Shown in pieces: positions 36,627 to 47,839 of a stretch of 64,000 nucleotides of DNA. Position 1 is the first letter of the stretch, and every line of letters begins with the position of its first letter. This stretch comes from Geopsychrobacteraceae bacterium. GTDB lineage: Bacteria > Desulfobacterota > Desulfuromonadia > Desulfuromonadales > Geopsychrobacteraceae. A model generated the notes under the pieces. The model searched no databases. It was not told where the DNA came from and worked only from the letters and a program-made list of their open reading frames with translations. The position numbers and the translations under genes were made by a program. The stretch is from NCBI GenBank assembly GCA_963676795.2, contig CAXXTB010000002.1, positions 1,376,001-1,440,000 on the forward strand, written 5' to 3'.

Positions 36627-37895
36627 ATGCCTATGTCCAAAAGTTTCAAAGAACGTCTTTTCCCGATTGTTGACCAGATAGCCGAACACTATGGGACTCC
36701 ATTTCATATCTATGATGAGGCGGGGATTCTGGAGACCGGCGAGTCTCTGAAGCAGGCCTTCTCCGGGATCGAGGGGTTTAGGGAATATTATGCTGTGAAG
36801 GCCCTGCCGAACCCGAAAATCCTTGACCTGATGCAGCAGATGGGCTTCGGCTACGATTGCAGTTCGATCGCGGAACTGGTGCTCAGCCGCAATGCCGGAG
36901 GGCGCGGTGAAGACATCATGTTTACCTCGAACAACACAACAACCGAAGAATTCAACGCAGCTGCGGCTGAAGGCGGTTGTGTCCTGAACCTGGATGATAT
37001 CTCGCTGATCGAGAAGGTTCCTGAATTTCCTGAGCTGATCTGTTTCCGCTATAACCCGGGCCCACGCCGAACCGGTAATATCATTATCGGCAACCCGGTC
37101 GAGGCCAAGTACGGCGTCACCCATGAGCAGGTTGTCGAGGCCTACCGCCTGGCAAAAGAGCGCGGTGCCAAGCGTTTCGGTCTGCACACCATGGTCGCTT
37201 CGAACGAACTGGATTACACCTACATGGTAGAAACTGCGCGGATGGTTCTTTCGCTGGTTGACATGGTTGAAAAGGAACTGGGGATTCAGTTTGAATTCGT
37301 CAACATCGGTGGTGGTTTCGGTATCCCTTACAAGCCGGAGCAGGATGCTCTCAATATCCCGCAGATGGCCAGGGAAATCACCGCGTTGTTCGATGAATTC
37401 AAGGCCGAGCACGGCTATGCGCCGCGTATGTATATGGAGAGTGGTCGCTACATGACCGGTCCGCATGGTGCCCTGGTAACCACCGCGATCAATCACAAGA
37501 ATATCTACCGTGACTACGTCGGGGTCGACGCCTGCATGTCATCGTTGATGCGTCCGGCCCTGTATGGCTCATATCATCATATCGATGTCGTCGGTAAGGA
37601 GACCGCTCCCAAGGATCATGTCTATGATGTGTCAGGATCGCTGTGTGAAAACAACGACAAGTTTGCGATTCAGAGGGAATTGCCGAAGATCGAAGACGGT
37701 GACCTGCTGGTCATCCACGATACCGGTGCCCATGGCCACGCCATGGGGTTCCAGTACAATGCTCGTCTGCGCCCAAAGGAATTGATGCTGCGAGCCGATG
37801 GAACTATCGAACTGATTCGTCGCGAAGAAACCATTGAAGACTATTTCGCGACCCTGAATTTTACCGAAAACTCCTTCAAGCCGGCTTCCGCCTGA
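36627..37895 (+). CDS. lysA: Diaminopimelate decarboxylase
   Basis: PLP Lys in YAVKALPN, NIGGGFG, ESGRY, SLCENND, DTGAHG. Confidence 0.88.
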   Translation: MPMSKSFKERLFPIVDQIAEHYGTPFHIYDEAGILETGESLKQAFSGIEGFREYYAVKALPNPKILDLMQQMGFGYDCSSIAELVLSRNAGGRGEDIMFTSNNTTTEEFNAAAAEGGCVLNLDDISLIEKVPEFPELICFRYNPGPRRTGNIIIGNPVEAKYGVTHEQVVEAYRLAKERGAKRFGLHTMVASNELDYTYMVETARMVLSLVDMVEKELGIQFEFVNIGGGFGIPYKPEQDALNIPQMAREITALFDEFKAEHGYAPRMYMESGRYMTGPHGALVTTAINHKNIYRDYVGVDACMSSLMRPALYGSYHHIDVVGKETAPKDHVYDVSGSLCENNDKFAIQRELPKIEDGDLLVIHDTGAHGHAMGFQYNARLRPKELMLRADGTIELIRREETIEDYFATLNFTENSFKPASA

Positions 37896-37904
37896 CAGGG
37901 TATT

Positions 37905-39218
37905 TTGTTGAAGCCTCAGGTTGATCAGATTTTGCCGCCGTTGACAATTGAAACCATCGTCAATGGTGGTTCTGGCCTGGCCCGCTACGCGGGGCAGGTC
38001 GTGTTCGTTCCTCACACTGCGGTTGGTGACAGGATTGTCAGTCGTGTGACAAAAGTCAAAAAACACTTTCTCGAAGCGGAGCTGGTCGAGATTCTTGAAT
38101 CTGGACCGCAACGGATCGTGCCTCATTGTCCGGTTGCGGGAGAATGCGGAGGCTGCCAGTGGCAGCACCTGCCATATTCTGAACAGCTCAAAATCAAGGA
38201 AGGTCTTTTCAGTGATACCTTGGTCAGAAAATGTGGCGTCGATCCTGCGCTCGTAAGGGAGATCGTGTCTTCGCCTCAGCCGTGGCATTACCGGAGCAGG
38301 GTCCAGGTCAAGTGTCATCAGGCTGCAGAGAGGTTTGAGACCGGTTTTTACCGACCCAAGAGCCGTTTTGTTGTTGCTGTTGACCGCTGTCCTCTCATCG
38401 ACACGAGGCTGAATGATACCCTGTCAGTCCTGCGCCGTCTGCTCGATGGGACCTCATTTGCCCGATATATTCCGCAGATGGATCTTGCTGTCGGTGATGA
38501 TGGGGTACAATCGGTGGTTGTCCATTACCTCGGTGACGATGCTGATGGTTTACAGGCGCTGCTGCTCGGCTCGGGACTGGCCGGGCATCTTCACCTTCAG
38601 TTGGGGAGCAAGGCGTCCATGATCTCTCTCCAGGGAAATGGCCGTCTGGCTATTGAAGTTGATGAGCCTGCACTCAATTTGTGTTATGCTACGGGCTCTT
38701 TTGCTCAGATCAATCTGGAACAGAATCGTGCTCTGGTCCGGGAGGCGATGAAGCTGATCGACTGGCAGGGCGGAGAAACTGTCCTTGATCTGTACTGCGG
38801 TATGGGCAATTTCAGCCTTCCGGCAGCAAGGCGTGGCGGGACTGTTCTCGGAGTCGAAGAATCAGAGCTTTCTATCCGGATGGCCAGGGTCAACGCACAG
38901 GCGAATGGTCTGAAGAATGCGTCGTTTGTCGCTGCTCCTGCACAGGGGTATGTTGCACGACATGCCGCCGGGCCACAACCCGACATTATTTTTCTGGATC
39001 CGCCGAGGGTCGGAGCTCACGAGGTTGTCAGAGAACTGATCAATGCGTCGGCACAATGGTTGGTCTATGTCTCCTGCGATCCCCAGACTCTGGCCAGGGA
39101 TCTGAACATTCTGCTTAATAATGGCTGGCGCTTGATCAGTAGTCAGCCTTTTGATATGTTCCCGCAGACGTATCACTGCGAGAGCCTGACCCTCTTGCAA
39201 AGGGTGGCCTGTATATAA
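37905..39218 (+). CDS. rlmD: 23S rRNA (uracil-C5)-methyltransferase RlmD/TrmA family
   Basis: TRAM N-terminus, CP..ECGGCQWQH Fe-S motif, DLYCGMG, LDPPR, YVSCDP, DMFPQT.H.E. Confidence 0.88.
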   Translation: MLKPQVDQILPPLTIETIVNGGSGLARYAGQVVFVPHTAVGDRIVSRVTKVKKHFLEAELVEILESGPQRIVPHCPVAGECGGCQWQHLPYSEQLKIKEGLFSDTLVRKCGVDPALVREIVSSPQPWHYRSRVQVKCHQAAERFETGFYRPKSRFVVAVDRCPLIDTRLNDTLSVLRRLLDGTSFARYIPQMDLAVGDDGVQSVVVHYLGDDADGLQALLLGSGLAGHLHLQLGSKASMISLQGNGRLAIEVDEPALNLCYATGSFAQINLEQNRALVREAMKLIDWQGGETVLDLYCGMGNFSLPAARRGGTVLGVEESELSIRMARVNAQANGLKNASFVAAPAQGYVARHAAGPQPDIIFLDPPRVGAHEVVRELINASAQWLVYVSCDPQTLARDLNILLNNGWRLISSQPFDMFPQTYHCESLTLLQRVACI

Positions 39219-39257
39219 TTTGTGCACACTGGTTTTTCTCTGTGTAAACTTTGTGCA
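39210..39257. promoter_or_regulatory. Tandem NtrC-type enhancer sites upstream of glnB-glnA
   Basis: Two 17-mers, TGTATATAATTTGTGCA (39210) and TGTGTAAACTTTGTGCA (39241), 31 bp apart, resembling TGCAC-N7-GTGCA. Confidence 0.55.
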
Positions 39258-39361
39258 GTTGTTGAAGGCGCAGAGAAAGCTGATAAAATTTGCTCCAATA
39301 TTTCAGTGTCTATCTGTTTGAATTATTGGCAATTTTATTTTATTGTTTTGTCTGTTGACAA

Positions 39362-39377
39362 TGGCAGGGTCTTTGCT
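39362..39377 (+). promoter_or_regulatory. sigma54 (-24/-12) promoter of glnB-glnA
   Basis: TGGCAGGGTCTTTGCT with exact GG-N10-GC spacing, ~70 bp upstream of glnB. Confidence 0.8.
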
Positions 39378-39421
39378 TGTATGCACCCCTAATCATTCAG
39401 AATATACTGCCAAGCGATTGA

Positions 39422-39784
<363 letters not shown>

Positions 39785-39855
39785 TTTAAAGAATTTAAAC
39801 TTTCAGAAAACGAAACTTTTCTGAAATATTTCAATCCATAAAGGAGAAAGCAACG

Positions 39856-41265
39856 ATGACCCCAAGTGAAGTAGTAAAGTTTGCTCAGGACAACGACGTT
39901 CAGTTCGTCGACTACAAGTTTCTCGATTTCGTCGGTATCTGGCAGCATTTCACCACTCCAGTTCGCGAGTTCAGTGAAGATATTTTTGAAGAAGGTATCG
40001 GTTTCGACGGTTCTTCTATCCGCGGTTGGCAGCCAATCCACAACTCCGACATGCTGATCATTCCAGATCCTAAGACTGCTAAGATTGATCCGTTCCCAGA
40101 GATGACCACTCTGAGCCTGATCTGTAATATCATCGATCCAATCACCCGTGAAGGTTACACCCGCGACCCACGTTTTATTGCAACCAAGGCTGAAGCTTAT
40201 CTGAAAGCCAGCGGTATCGGTGACACCGCATACTTCGGTCCAGAGCCAGAGTGCTTCGTTTTTGACGATGTCCGTTACAACTCTACCGCCAACGAGTCTT
40301 TCTACAGCGTTGACTCCATCGAAGGTACCTGGAACACCGGCCGTGAAGAGTTCCCTAACCTGGGCTACAAGCCACGTCACAAGGAAGGTTACTTCCCATG
40401 TGCTCCGACCGACAGCTCTGTTGATCTGCGTAACGAGATGATGATGGTTCTGCAGCAGGTCGGTCTGCACATCGAGTGTGGTCACCACGAAGTTGCGACC
40501 GGCGGCCAGATCGAGATCGACATGCGTTTTGACTCCCTGCTGAGCATGGGTGACAACCTGCAGTGGTTCAAGTACGTCATCAAGAACGTTGCTATCCGCA
40601 ACGGCAAAACCGTCACCTTCATGCCTAAGCCAATCTACGGCGACAACGGTTCCGGTATGCACTGCCACCAGTCGATCTGGAAAGACGGCAAGAACCTGTT
40701 CGCTGGCGACGGTTACGGCGGTCTGTCCAAAACTGCTATGTACTACATCGGCGGTATCATGAAGCACGCTAAAGCCCTGTGTGCTTTCACCAACCCGACC
40801 ACCAACTCCTACAAGCGCCTTGTTCCAGGCTTTGAAGCTCCGGTCAACCTGGCTTACTCCAACCGTAACCGTTCCGCTTCCCTGCGTATTCCGGTTACCA
40901 ACAACGAAAAAGCCAAGCGCGTTGAGTACCGTACACCGGATGCTTCCGCTAACGGTTACCTGGCTTTCGCAGCTCAGCTGATGGCTGGTCTCGACGGCAT
41001 CGAGAACAAAATCGATCCAGGTCAGCCTCTGGACAAAGACATCTACGGTCTGTCCCCAGAAGAACTGAAAGACATCCCTAACGTTGCAACCTCTCTGGAA
41101 GACGCTCTGAACAACCTCGAGCAAGATCATGACTTCCTGCTCAAGGGCGATGTCTTCACCAAGGACGTTATCGACATGTGGATCAGCTACAAGCGTGAAG
41201 CTGAAGTTGACAAGGTCCGTATGCGCCCAACTCCAGTCGAATTCTCCCTGTATTTCGACTGCTAA
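39856..41265 (+). CDS. glnA: Glutamine synthetase type I
   Basis: [44 protein letters not shown], adenylylation-loop Tyr DKDIYGL; codon usage looks strongly biased, as in highly expressed genes. Confidence 0.97.
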   Translation: MTPSEVVKFAQDNDVQFVDYKFLDFVGIWQHFTTPVREFSEDIFEEGIGFDGSSIRGWQPIHNSDMLIIPDPKTAKIDPFPEMTTLSLICNIIDPITREGYTRDPRFIATKAEAYLKASGIGDTAYFGPEPECFVFDDVRYNSTANESFYSVDSIEGTWNTGREEFPNLGYKPRHKEGYFPCAPTDSSVDLRNEMMMVLQQVGLHIECGHHEVATGGQIEIDMRFDSLLSMGDNLQWFKYVIKNVAIRNGKTVTFMPKPIYGDNGSGMHCHQSIWKDGKNLFAGDGYGGLSKTAMYYIGGIMKHAKALCAFTNPTTNSYKRLVPGFEAPVNLAYSNRNRSASLRIPVTNNEKAKRVEYRTPDASANGYLAFAAQLMAGLDGIENKIDPGQPLDKDIYGLSPEELKDIPNVATSLEDALNNLEQDHDFLLKGDVFTKDVIDMWISYKREAEVDKVRMRPTPVEFSLYFDC

Positions 41266-41289
41266 TTCCTTTTTGGGATTAATCAAAAC

Positions 41290-41325
41290 AAAAAAAGCCT
41301 CCGGAAGTTCCGGAGGCTTTTTTTT
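41290..41325. terminator. Bidirectional intrinsic terminator between glnA and mscS
   Basis: A-run, GCCTCCGGAA-g-TTCCGGAGGC, T-run. Confidence 0.9.
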
Positions 41326-41344
41326 ATTGTGAAGAAAGAAATGT

Positions 41345-42151
41345 TTATGCGTTATGCATATGGATGTCCCGCTGCGGGAAAGGGATGCAGATGTCCTCGG
41401 CATCAAAGCGGGTCTTGATCGTCTCATTCAGATCGAACAGGGTTACCCAGTAATCGGCTGTTCTGACCCAGGGCCGAACCGCGAAGTTGACGCTGCTGTC
41501 GGCAAGTTCAAGGACCCCGATGGTGTAGGCCGGATCTTTGAGAACTCTCTCATCGGCGTTGAGGATCTCTTCCAGGACGGCGCGAACCTTTTTAAGGTCG
41601 TCGCTGTAGCTGACGCCGATGACCATATCGATCCGGCGCATCTCTTTTGCGGAGTAGTTGACGATTGTCCCGCCGATGATCTGGCCGTTGGGGACGATAA
41701 TCTCCTTGTTGTCGCCCGATTTCATTTTGGTACTGAAGATCTGAATCTCTTCGACAACGCCGGCAACGCCGCCGGCTTCAACGAAGTCACCGGCCTTGAA
41801 GGGGCGGAACAGGATCAGCATGACCCCCGCAGCGAAGTTGCCGAGGGTGCCTTGGAGAGCCAGGCCGATAGCCAGACCGGCGGCTGCGACGACCGCCGCA
41901 AAGGAGGTTGTGTTGACGCCGACTCTGGCGAGTGCTGCCATGATGACAAAGACCATGATGGCGATATAGACCAGGCTGCGAATGAATTTAATCAGGGTTT
42001 CATCGACTTTTGATCTGAGCATCGCCTTGCCGACACCGGCAGATACCGCTTTGGCGATGATCTTACCGACGATAAAGATGACAATCGCCCAGAGCAGGGG
42101 CAGGGCATAGGTTTGTACCAATTCAACGATCTTGTCGGCGGAAATTTCCAT
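41345..42151 (-). CDS. mscS: Small-conductance mechanosensitive channel
   Basis: AAGLAIGLALQGTLGNFAAGVMLILFRPFKAGDFV, IVPNG, IPFPQRD; AAGGAGG RBS. Confidence 0.93.
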   Translation of the reverse strand: MEISADKIVELVQTYALPLLWAIVIFIVGKIIAKAVSAGVGKAMLRSKVDETLIKFIRSLVYIAIMVFVIMAALARVGVNTTSFAAVVAAAGLAIGLALQGTLGNFAAGVMLILFRPFKAGDFVEAGGVAGVVEEIQIFSTKMKSGDNKEIIVPNGQIIGGTIVNYSAKEMRRIDMVIGVSYSDDLKKVRAVLEEILNADERVLKDPAYTIGVLELADSSVNFAVRPWVRTADYWVTLFDLNETIKTRFDAEDICIPFPQRDIHMHNA

Positions 42152-42254
42152 AATACCTCCTTGGGTTGGGTAAATCTGCGTTTCAATTTGGCTGGATCCG
42201 GCTTGCTATCGAGCATTTACGGATTCCGGATGCTTTCCTGAATACGTAATAGAC

Positions 42255-42293
42255 AAAAAAAGACCTGCCAGATGAATTATCTAGCAGGTCTTT
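42255..42293 (-). terminator. Intrinsic terminator after thrC
   Basis: AAAGACCTGC / GCAGGTCTTT stem with an A7 run on + (U-tract on the minus strand). Confidence 0.75.
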
Positions 42294-42316
42294 ATTAAAA
42301 TCAAGCGGTGCTGAGA

Positions 42317-43708
42317 TTATGCTTTGGCATGCTTGTCGACATAGTCTTTGATGACGTTGATATCGGCAGCAAGGATATCCATTTTGCGTTCTCTCAAGTT
42401 CAGGTCACTGTAGGCTGGTGGCAGAGCCGGTTCGGTGCCGGTTGCCCGGTTGACGGCCTCACCGAACTTGGCCGGGTGGGCTGTCGCCAGGCAGACGAGG
42501 GGGGTCGCTGCGTCCTGTAGCTGCTGGCCTGCAGCAACGCCGACCGCTGTGTGCGGGTCGAGAATGTAGCCGGTCTGCTGGTAGAAGCTCTTGATCATTT
42601 CCAGGGTCATTTCATCGTCGACCGAAGCGGAGGCGAATTCCGACTGGACCTGTTGCAGTTGCTCCTCGGTGACTTTGAGTACGCCGGTTTTGGCAAAATC
42701 GGCCATTGTTGTCACGACCTTCTGGGCATCGCAATCGAGCAGGTAGTAGAGGTAGCGCTCGAAATTGCTGGCCACCTGGATATCCATCGACGGCGACAGG
42801 GAGTGGTGGACTTTGGCCTTGGAGTAGTCGCCGGCGTTGATAAATCGGCTGAGGATGTTGTTGGCGTTGGTCGCCAGGATCAGACGCTGAATAGGAACGC
42901 CCATCTGTTTGGCAATGTAGCCTGCAAAGATGTCGCCGAAATTTCCGGTCGGGACCGATACGTCGATCTTGTCTGCGCCGGTTTCCTTGCTGACCTGAAA
43001 CCAGGCATAGAAATAGTAGACGACCTGAGCGAGCACCCGTGCCCAGTTGATCGAGTTGACCGCACCTAAAGCATGCTTTTCCTTGAATTCAAGATCGCCG
43101 AAAATCTCCTTGACGATCGACTGGGCATCATCAAAGGTCCCATCGATAGCCAGATTGAAGACGTTTTCGTCGGTGACCGTTGTCATTTGCAGTTCCTGGA
43201 CCGGGGAAACCCGGCCGTGGGGATGCAGGATAAAGATGTTGATATTCTTCTTGCCACGAACACCGTAGATAGCCGCGCTGCCGGTGTCGCCACTGGTTGC
43301 GCCGATGATGTTCATGTGGCGCTTGTCTCTGATCAGCAGATATTCGAACAGGTTGCCGAGAAACTGCAGGGCGACATCCTTGAAGGCCAGAGTCGGGCCA
43401 TGGAACAGCTCCAGGATGTGAACATTGTCATGCTTGACCACCGGAGTGACCTGGGGATGCTCAAAGCTTGCATAGGAGGTTTCAATCAGCTTTTTCAGGT
43501 CCGCCGGCGGAATGTCATCGACGAAGCGTGAGATAACCTCGAAGGCGAGTTCGGGGTAGCTCAGGCCGCTCAGCGCCTGCAGCTCGTTCCGGTTCAGGGT
43601 CGGGATCTGTTGCGGCAGGAGCAGGCCACCGTCGTCGGCCAGCCCCATCAGGACCGCCTGGGTAAAATTGAGATCTTTGACCTGTCCTCTGGTACTGCGG
43701 TATTTCAT
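42317..43708 (-). CDS. thrC: Threonine synthase
   Basis: MKYRSTRG start, LELFHGPTLAFKD (PLP Lys), ATSGDTG, NSINWAR, VPTGNFG, TAHPAKF. Confidence 0.95.
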   Translation of the reverse strand: MKYRSTRGQVKDLNFTQAVLMGLADDGGLLLPQQIPTLNRNELQALSGLSYPELAFEVISRFVDDIPPADLKKLIETSYASFEHPQVTPVVKHDNVHILELFHGPTLAFKDVALQFLGNLFEYLLIRDKRHMNIIGATSGDTGSAAIYGVRGKKNINIFILHPHGRVSPVQELQMTTVTDENVFNLAIDGTFDDAQSIVKEIFGDLEFKEKHALGAVNSINWARVLAQVVYYFYAWFQVSKETGADKIDVSVPTGNFGDIFAGYIAKQMGVPIQRLILATNANNILSRFINAGDYSKAKVHHSLSPSMDIQVASNFERYLYYLLDCDAQKVVTTMADFAKTGVLKVTEEQLQQVQSEFASASVDDEMTLEMIKSFYQQTGYILDPHTAVGVAAGQQLQDAATPLVCLATAHPAKFGEAVNRATGTEPALPPAYSDLNLRERKMDILAADINVIKDYVDKHAKA

Positions 43709-43805
43709 ATCTGACTCTTTTCGATAGTTGCTGGTCAATGTGTTGTCACTAAAATTTCCGCCAGCATATTAGCAGTATCTTGAGTCCTTGAAAAGCAGTT
43801 CAAAC

Positions 43806-43840
43806 AAAAAGCGGAGTCTGGAAAATCAGACTCCGCTCTT
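43806..43840 (-). terminator. Intrinsic terminator after maeB
   Basis: AGCGGAGTCTG / CAGACTCCGCT stem with an A-run on +. Confidence 0.75.
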
Positions 43841-43872
43841 GGTTCTAATGCTGTTGTTCATTGATTCGGGTG

Positions 43873-46128
43873 TTAACCGGCATTTTGTGCATCAACGACA
43901 CAGGCCGCAGCCATATTGACGATATCGGCTACGTCATCACCGCGTTGTAGCACATGAACGGGTTTGTTCATGCCCATCAGGATCGGTCCGAGTGCTTCAG
44001 CTCCACCCAGTTTGTTGAGGAGTTTGTAGCTGATATTGCCCGACTGCAGATCCGGGAAGATCAGCACGTTAGCATCCCCTTTGAGGAGCGAAAACGGATG
44101 CTGGTCTGCAATCAGCTCCGGATCGAGAGCCATGTTGGCCTGGATCTCGCCATCGACGATCAGATCCGGGGCCTGCTGCTTGACCAGTGAGGTCGCTTTT
44201 TTCATTTTCAGCGCATACGGATGCTTGGAACTGCCGAAGTTGGAGAAGGAGAGCATGGCGACCTTGGGGACGATGTCGAACTGACGGACCGTTTCGGCTG
44301 CAAGGATCGCGGTTTCGGCCAGTTCTTCTGCAGAGGGATCGATATCGACCGTTGCGTCGGCGATAAACACGACACGTTTCTTCATCACCATCAGGTACAT
44401 GCCATGAACCTTGGACAGTCCGTCACGTTTGCCGATGATCTCAAGGGCGGGGCGGATCGTCTCGGTGTAGTGGAGATTGATCCCCGAGAGCATGGCGTCG
44501 GCATCGCCTTCGCGGACCATCATGGCGCCGAAGTAGTTCTTGTTGGCTTTCATGACCCGCTTGGCACCGGCCAGGGTTACTCCCTTGCGCTGTCGCAACT
44601 GGTACATTTTTTCAATGTATTCATCGCGTTTTTCACTGGAGAGGGGATCGATAATCAGGGTGTCGCCAAGCTCTATGCCGAGTTCGCAGATCTTTGTATT
44701 GATGATGTCCGGATTGCCGAGCAGGATCGGCTGGGCGATTTTCTCGGCGGCAATAATCTGGGCGGCTCGCAGAATCTTTTCTTCTTCACCTTCCGGCAGG
44801 ACGATCCGTTTCGGATTGGCTTTGGCCTTGTTGATCATGCTGCGCATGATCTCCTTGGAACGGCCCTGCAGAGCTTCCAGTTCCTCTACGTATTTGTCCA
44901 TGTCATCGATCGGCTTACGGGCGACGCCGGAATCCATGGCCGCTTTTGCGACCGCCGGAGCGACATGCAGGAGCACACGCGGATCGAAAGGTTTGGGGAT
45001 GATATAGTTACGCCCGAATTTGATCTCCTCACCGGCATAGGCTCTGCGTACCGAGTCTGGAACATCGAGTTTGGCCAGGTCGGCAAGCGCATGGACTGCG
45101 GCCAGTTTCATCTCATCGTTGATGGTTCTGGCATGGGTGTCGAGGGCGCCACGGAACAGGAACGGAAAGCAGAGAACATTGTTGACCTGATTCGGATAAT
45201 CGGAGCGGCCGGAACCGATGATGACATCTTCGCGGACTGCCCTGGCTTCTTCCGGGGTAATCTCCGGGTCGGGGTTGGCCATGGCAAAGACGATCGGATC
45301 CTTGGCCATGGAGCGCAACATTTCAGGTGTCAGGGCGCCCTTGACCGAGACGCCGAAGAAGATGTCGGCATCAACCAGCGCATCCGCCAGGCTGCGTGCG
45401 TCGGTTTGTGCGGCAAGGCGTTCCTTGTATTCGTTCATGCCGGCCGTACGCCCTTTGTAGATGACCCCTTTACTGTCGCAGAGGATAACCTTGTCCTTGT
45501 CGATCCCCATGCTGATGGCCAGGTTGGCGCAGGCGATCCCGGCAGCGCCGGCACCGTTGATGACGATTTTTGTCTCCGCTATCTGTTTGCCAACAACTTC
45601 AAGGGCGTTCATCATGCCTGCAACCGCGATAATTGCCGTGCCATGCTGATCATCGTGAAAAACCGGAATGTTCATCTGCTCCTTGAGCTTTTCCTCGATA
45701 TAGAAGCATTCCGGTCCTTTGATATCTTCGAGGTTGATACCGCCGAAGGTCGGTTCCAGAAGCTTGACGGTACGGATCAGTTCATCGGGATCCTTGGTGT
45801 CGATTTCGATATCGAAAACATCGATATCGGCGAAGGTTTTGAACAGGGTACCTTTCCCTTCCATGACCGGTTTGCTTGCCAGGGCGCCGATGTCACCAAG
45901 GCCTAAAACCGCCGTTCCGTTGGAAATTACACCGACCAGATTGCCTTTTGCGGTATATTTGAAAGCATCATCGGGGTTCTTCTCGATTTCGAGACAGGGT
46001 TCGGCAACCCCCGGGCTGTAGGCGAGGGATAAATCACGACTGGTCGAACAGGGCTTGGTCGTGATAACTTCGATTTTGCCTTTTCTGCCCGAACTGTGAT
46101 AATCGAGGGCTTCCTGGCGTTTTGACAT
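43873..46128 (-). CDS. maeB: NADP-dependent malic enzyme with C-terminal phosphotransacetylase-like domain
   Basis: [42 protein letters not shown], then PTA domain ([19 protein letters not shown]). GGAG RBS before ATG 46128. Confidence 0.95.
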   Translation of the reverse strand: MSKRQEALDYHSSGRKGKIEVITTKPCSTSRDLSLAYSPGVAEPCLEIEKNPDDAFKYTAKGNLVGVISNGTAVLGLGDIGALASKPVMEGKGTLFKTFADIDVFDIEIDTKDPDELIRTVKLLEPTFGGINLEDIKGPECFYIEEKLKEQMNIPVFHDDQHGTAIIAVAGMMNALEVVGKQIAETKIVINGAGAAGIACANLAISMGIDKDKVILCDSKGVIYKGRTAGMNEYKERLAAQTDARSLADALVDADIFFGVSVKGALTPEMLRSMAKDPIVFAMANPDPEITPEEARAVREDVIIGSGRSDYPNQVNNVLCFPFLFRGALDTHARTINDEMKLAAVHALADLAKLDVPDSVRRAYAGEEIKFGRNYIIPKPFDPRVLLHVAPAVAKAAMDSGVARKPIDDMDKYVEELEALQGRSKEIMRSMINKAKANPKRIVLPEGEEEKILRAAQIIAAEKIAQPILLGNPDIINTKICELGIELGDTLIIDPLSSEKRDEYIEKMYQLRQRKGVTLAGAKRVMKANKNYFGAMMVREGDADAMLSGINLHYTETIRPALEIIGKRDGLSKVHGMYLMVMKKRVVFIADATVDIDPSAEELAETAILAAETVRQFDIVPKVAMLSFSNFGSSKHPYALKMKKATSLVKQQAPDLIVDGEIQANMALDPELIADQHPFSLLKGDANVLIFPDLQSGNISYKLLNKLGGAEALGPILMGMNKPVHVLQRGDDVADIVNMAAACVVDAQNAG

Positions 46129-46192
46129 GGTCTCTTCTCCTCTGGATGACAAATAGTCATAAAAATAGATATATAAATGTACGGTAGGTTAA

Positions 46193-46220
46193 ATCTTATA
46201 GTCGGGACGATAATTGTCAA
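46193..46220 (-). promoter_or_regulatory. sigma70-type promoter of maeB
   Basis: Minus-strand TTGACA-N16-TAAGAT. Confidence 0.45.
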
Positions 46221-46286
46221 GACGATTCGCCTTTTAGCAGTACAGGCGAAATCAGCGCTGACGATGTAGGAATTCGAGGATAATTT

Positions 46287-46775
46287 ATGTTGATCGGTGT
46301 GCTTTCCGACACCCATATTGTTGATATTGAAGACGGCTATCTGTTGGCAAAGGAATTGCTCAGCGGACCTTTCGCCGATGTCGCTGCGATTGTTCATGCC
46401 GGCGATCACGTCCATCCTGATCTGGGTTGCTGTTTTGCGCCCCTGCCTTTTTACTCGGTCAGCGGGAACATGGACAAGGTCAGTGCCGAGCGTCCGATCA
46501 GTCGTATTCTGACCTTTGCCGGTAAGCGTATCGGCGTCGTTCACGGCTGGGGCGGCGGTCATTCCATCGAGCAGCGCGTCATGGAAACCTTTTACAGCGC
46601 CGATGTCGATGTCATTATCTTTGGTCACAGCCACAAGCCCCTGTGTCAGCGCAGAGGATCCGTTCTGCTCTTCAACCCCGGGAGCCCGACAGATCGCAGG
46701 TCGGCCCCGTTTCATTCGGTTGGTATTCTCGAGATCGCTGCGGAAATCAGCGGAAAGATCATTGCTCTGGATTGA
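46287..46775 (+). CDS. YfcE/MJ0936-type metallophosphoesterase
   Basis: SDTH, HAGD, GNMD, HG, GHSH, NPGS motifs. Confidence 0.88.
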   Translation: MLIGVLSDTHIVDIEDGYLLAKELLSGPFADVAAIVHAGDHVHPDLGCCFAPLPFYSVSGNMDKVSAERPISRILTFAGKRIGVVHGWGGGHSIEQRVMETFYSADVDVIIFGHSHKPLCQRRGSVLLFNPGSPTDRRSAPFHSVGILEIAAEISGKIIALD

Positions 46776-46800
46776 ATGTATTTGAGGGAGGTGTCAGTGA

Positions 46801-47400
46801 ATGTTTGAGATAATCAGAAGCGGTGGTCCGCTGATGTACCCGATTGGTCTGTGCTCCGTCATTGCCTGGGCGATTTTTCTGGAGCGTGTGATCAGCTATT
46901 TTCGGATTCGCCGTAACACCCAACGTCTCGGGCAGCTGGTTATCGAGCTGCTGGAGAAAGGGCAGGTCGAACAGGCCGGACAGCTGTGCAGTACGACAGT
47001 CTCTCCGTTATCGCGGATTCTTCAGGTTGTGTTTCGCAACCGGCACAGGAAAAGAGCGGAAATCAAGCTGCTGGCCGATGAAATCGGTGGCCGTGAGGTC
47101 ATCGGTCTGCAGCGTTATCTGGGTTTGATGGGGACCATCGCCAACGTCGCCCCGTTACTCGGCCTGCTTGGCACGGTACTGGGGATGATCGAAGCGTTCA
47201 GGGTTATCGCTGCTGAAGGGGTCGGTACGCCGGCGACCTTGGGGGGAGGTATCTCGCAGGCGCTGATCACCACTGCAGCCGGTTTGAGCGTGGCTGTCCC
47301 GATCATTCTCGTTCATCGCTATCTGAGTGCCAGGGCCGAGCGGCTGACCGTGGAGCTCGAAGAGGTGACCTCGCACGTTCTCGACCGGTTTGCGGAGTAG
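46801..47400 (+). CDS. exbB: MotA/TolQ/ExbB proton channel protein
   Basis: APLLGLLGTVLGMI, GISQALITTAAGL. Confidence 0.85.
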   Translation: MFEIIRSGGPLMYPIGLCSVIAWAIFLERVISYFRIRRNTQRLGQLVIELLEKGQVEQAGQLCSTTVSPLSRILQVVFRNRHRKRAEIKLLADEIGGREVIGLQRYLGLMGTIANVAPLLGLLGTVLGMIEAFRVIAAEGVGTPATLGGGISQALITTAAGLSVAVPIILVHRYLSARAERLTVELEEVTSHVLDRFAE

Positions 47401-47404
47401 GGAG

Positions 47405-47827
47405 ATGGGCTTCAGACGAAAAACTCCGGAAGCTCCGCGGGTCGAACTGACGGCGATGATCGATGTCGTCTTTCTGCTGCTGATTTTTTTTATGATCTCG
47501 ACGACCTTTGTCGAAAGGCCGGGGCTGAGCATTGAACTGCCGACCTCTGCGGCAGAATCTGTCAAACAGCAGCAGGATCTGCATGTCTACCTGACAGCCG
47601 ATGGTGATATTTATCTCGACCGTGATCAGGTCGATCGTGCCCAGCTGCAGTTCAGGCTTGAGTCTTTCACTGCGGCCCAGCGCAAGAAGATGACCTTCCT
47701 GCTGATGGCCGACAAGGCGGCCAGGCATGGTCAGGTCGTTGAGCTGATGGATCTGGCCAGGACAGCCGGTTTCGATCAGCTGGCAATTGCGACCGATAGT
47801 AAACTGGATAATGGCGAAGCTGAGTAA
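47405..47827 (+). CDS. exbD: ExbD/TolR family protein
   Basis: VELTAMIDVVFLLLIFFMI, ADK..HGQVVELMD; ATG 47405 just after the exbB stop. Confidence 0.85.
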   Translation: MGFRRKTPEAPRVELTAMIDVVFLLLIFFMISTTFVERPGLSIELPTSAAESVKQQQDLHVYLTADGDIYLDRDQVDRAQLQFRLESFTAAQRKKMTFLLMADKAARHGQVVELMDLARTAGFDQLAIATDSKLDNGEAE

Positions 47828-47839
47828 GGGGAGAGCTAG

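Noticed and set aside
44221..45906. 561-aa plus-strand ORF
   Set aside because: Antisense shadow of maeB.
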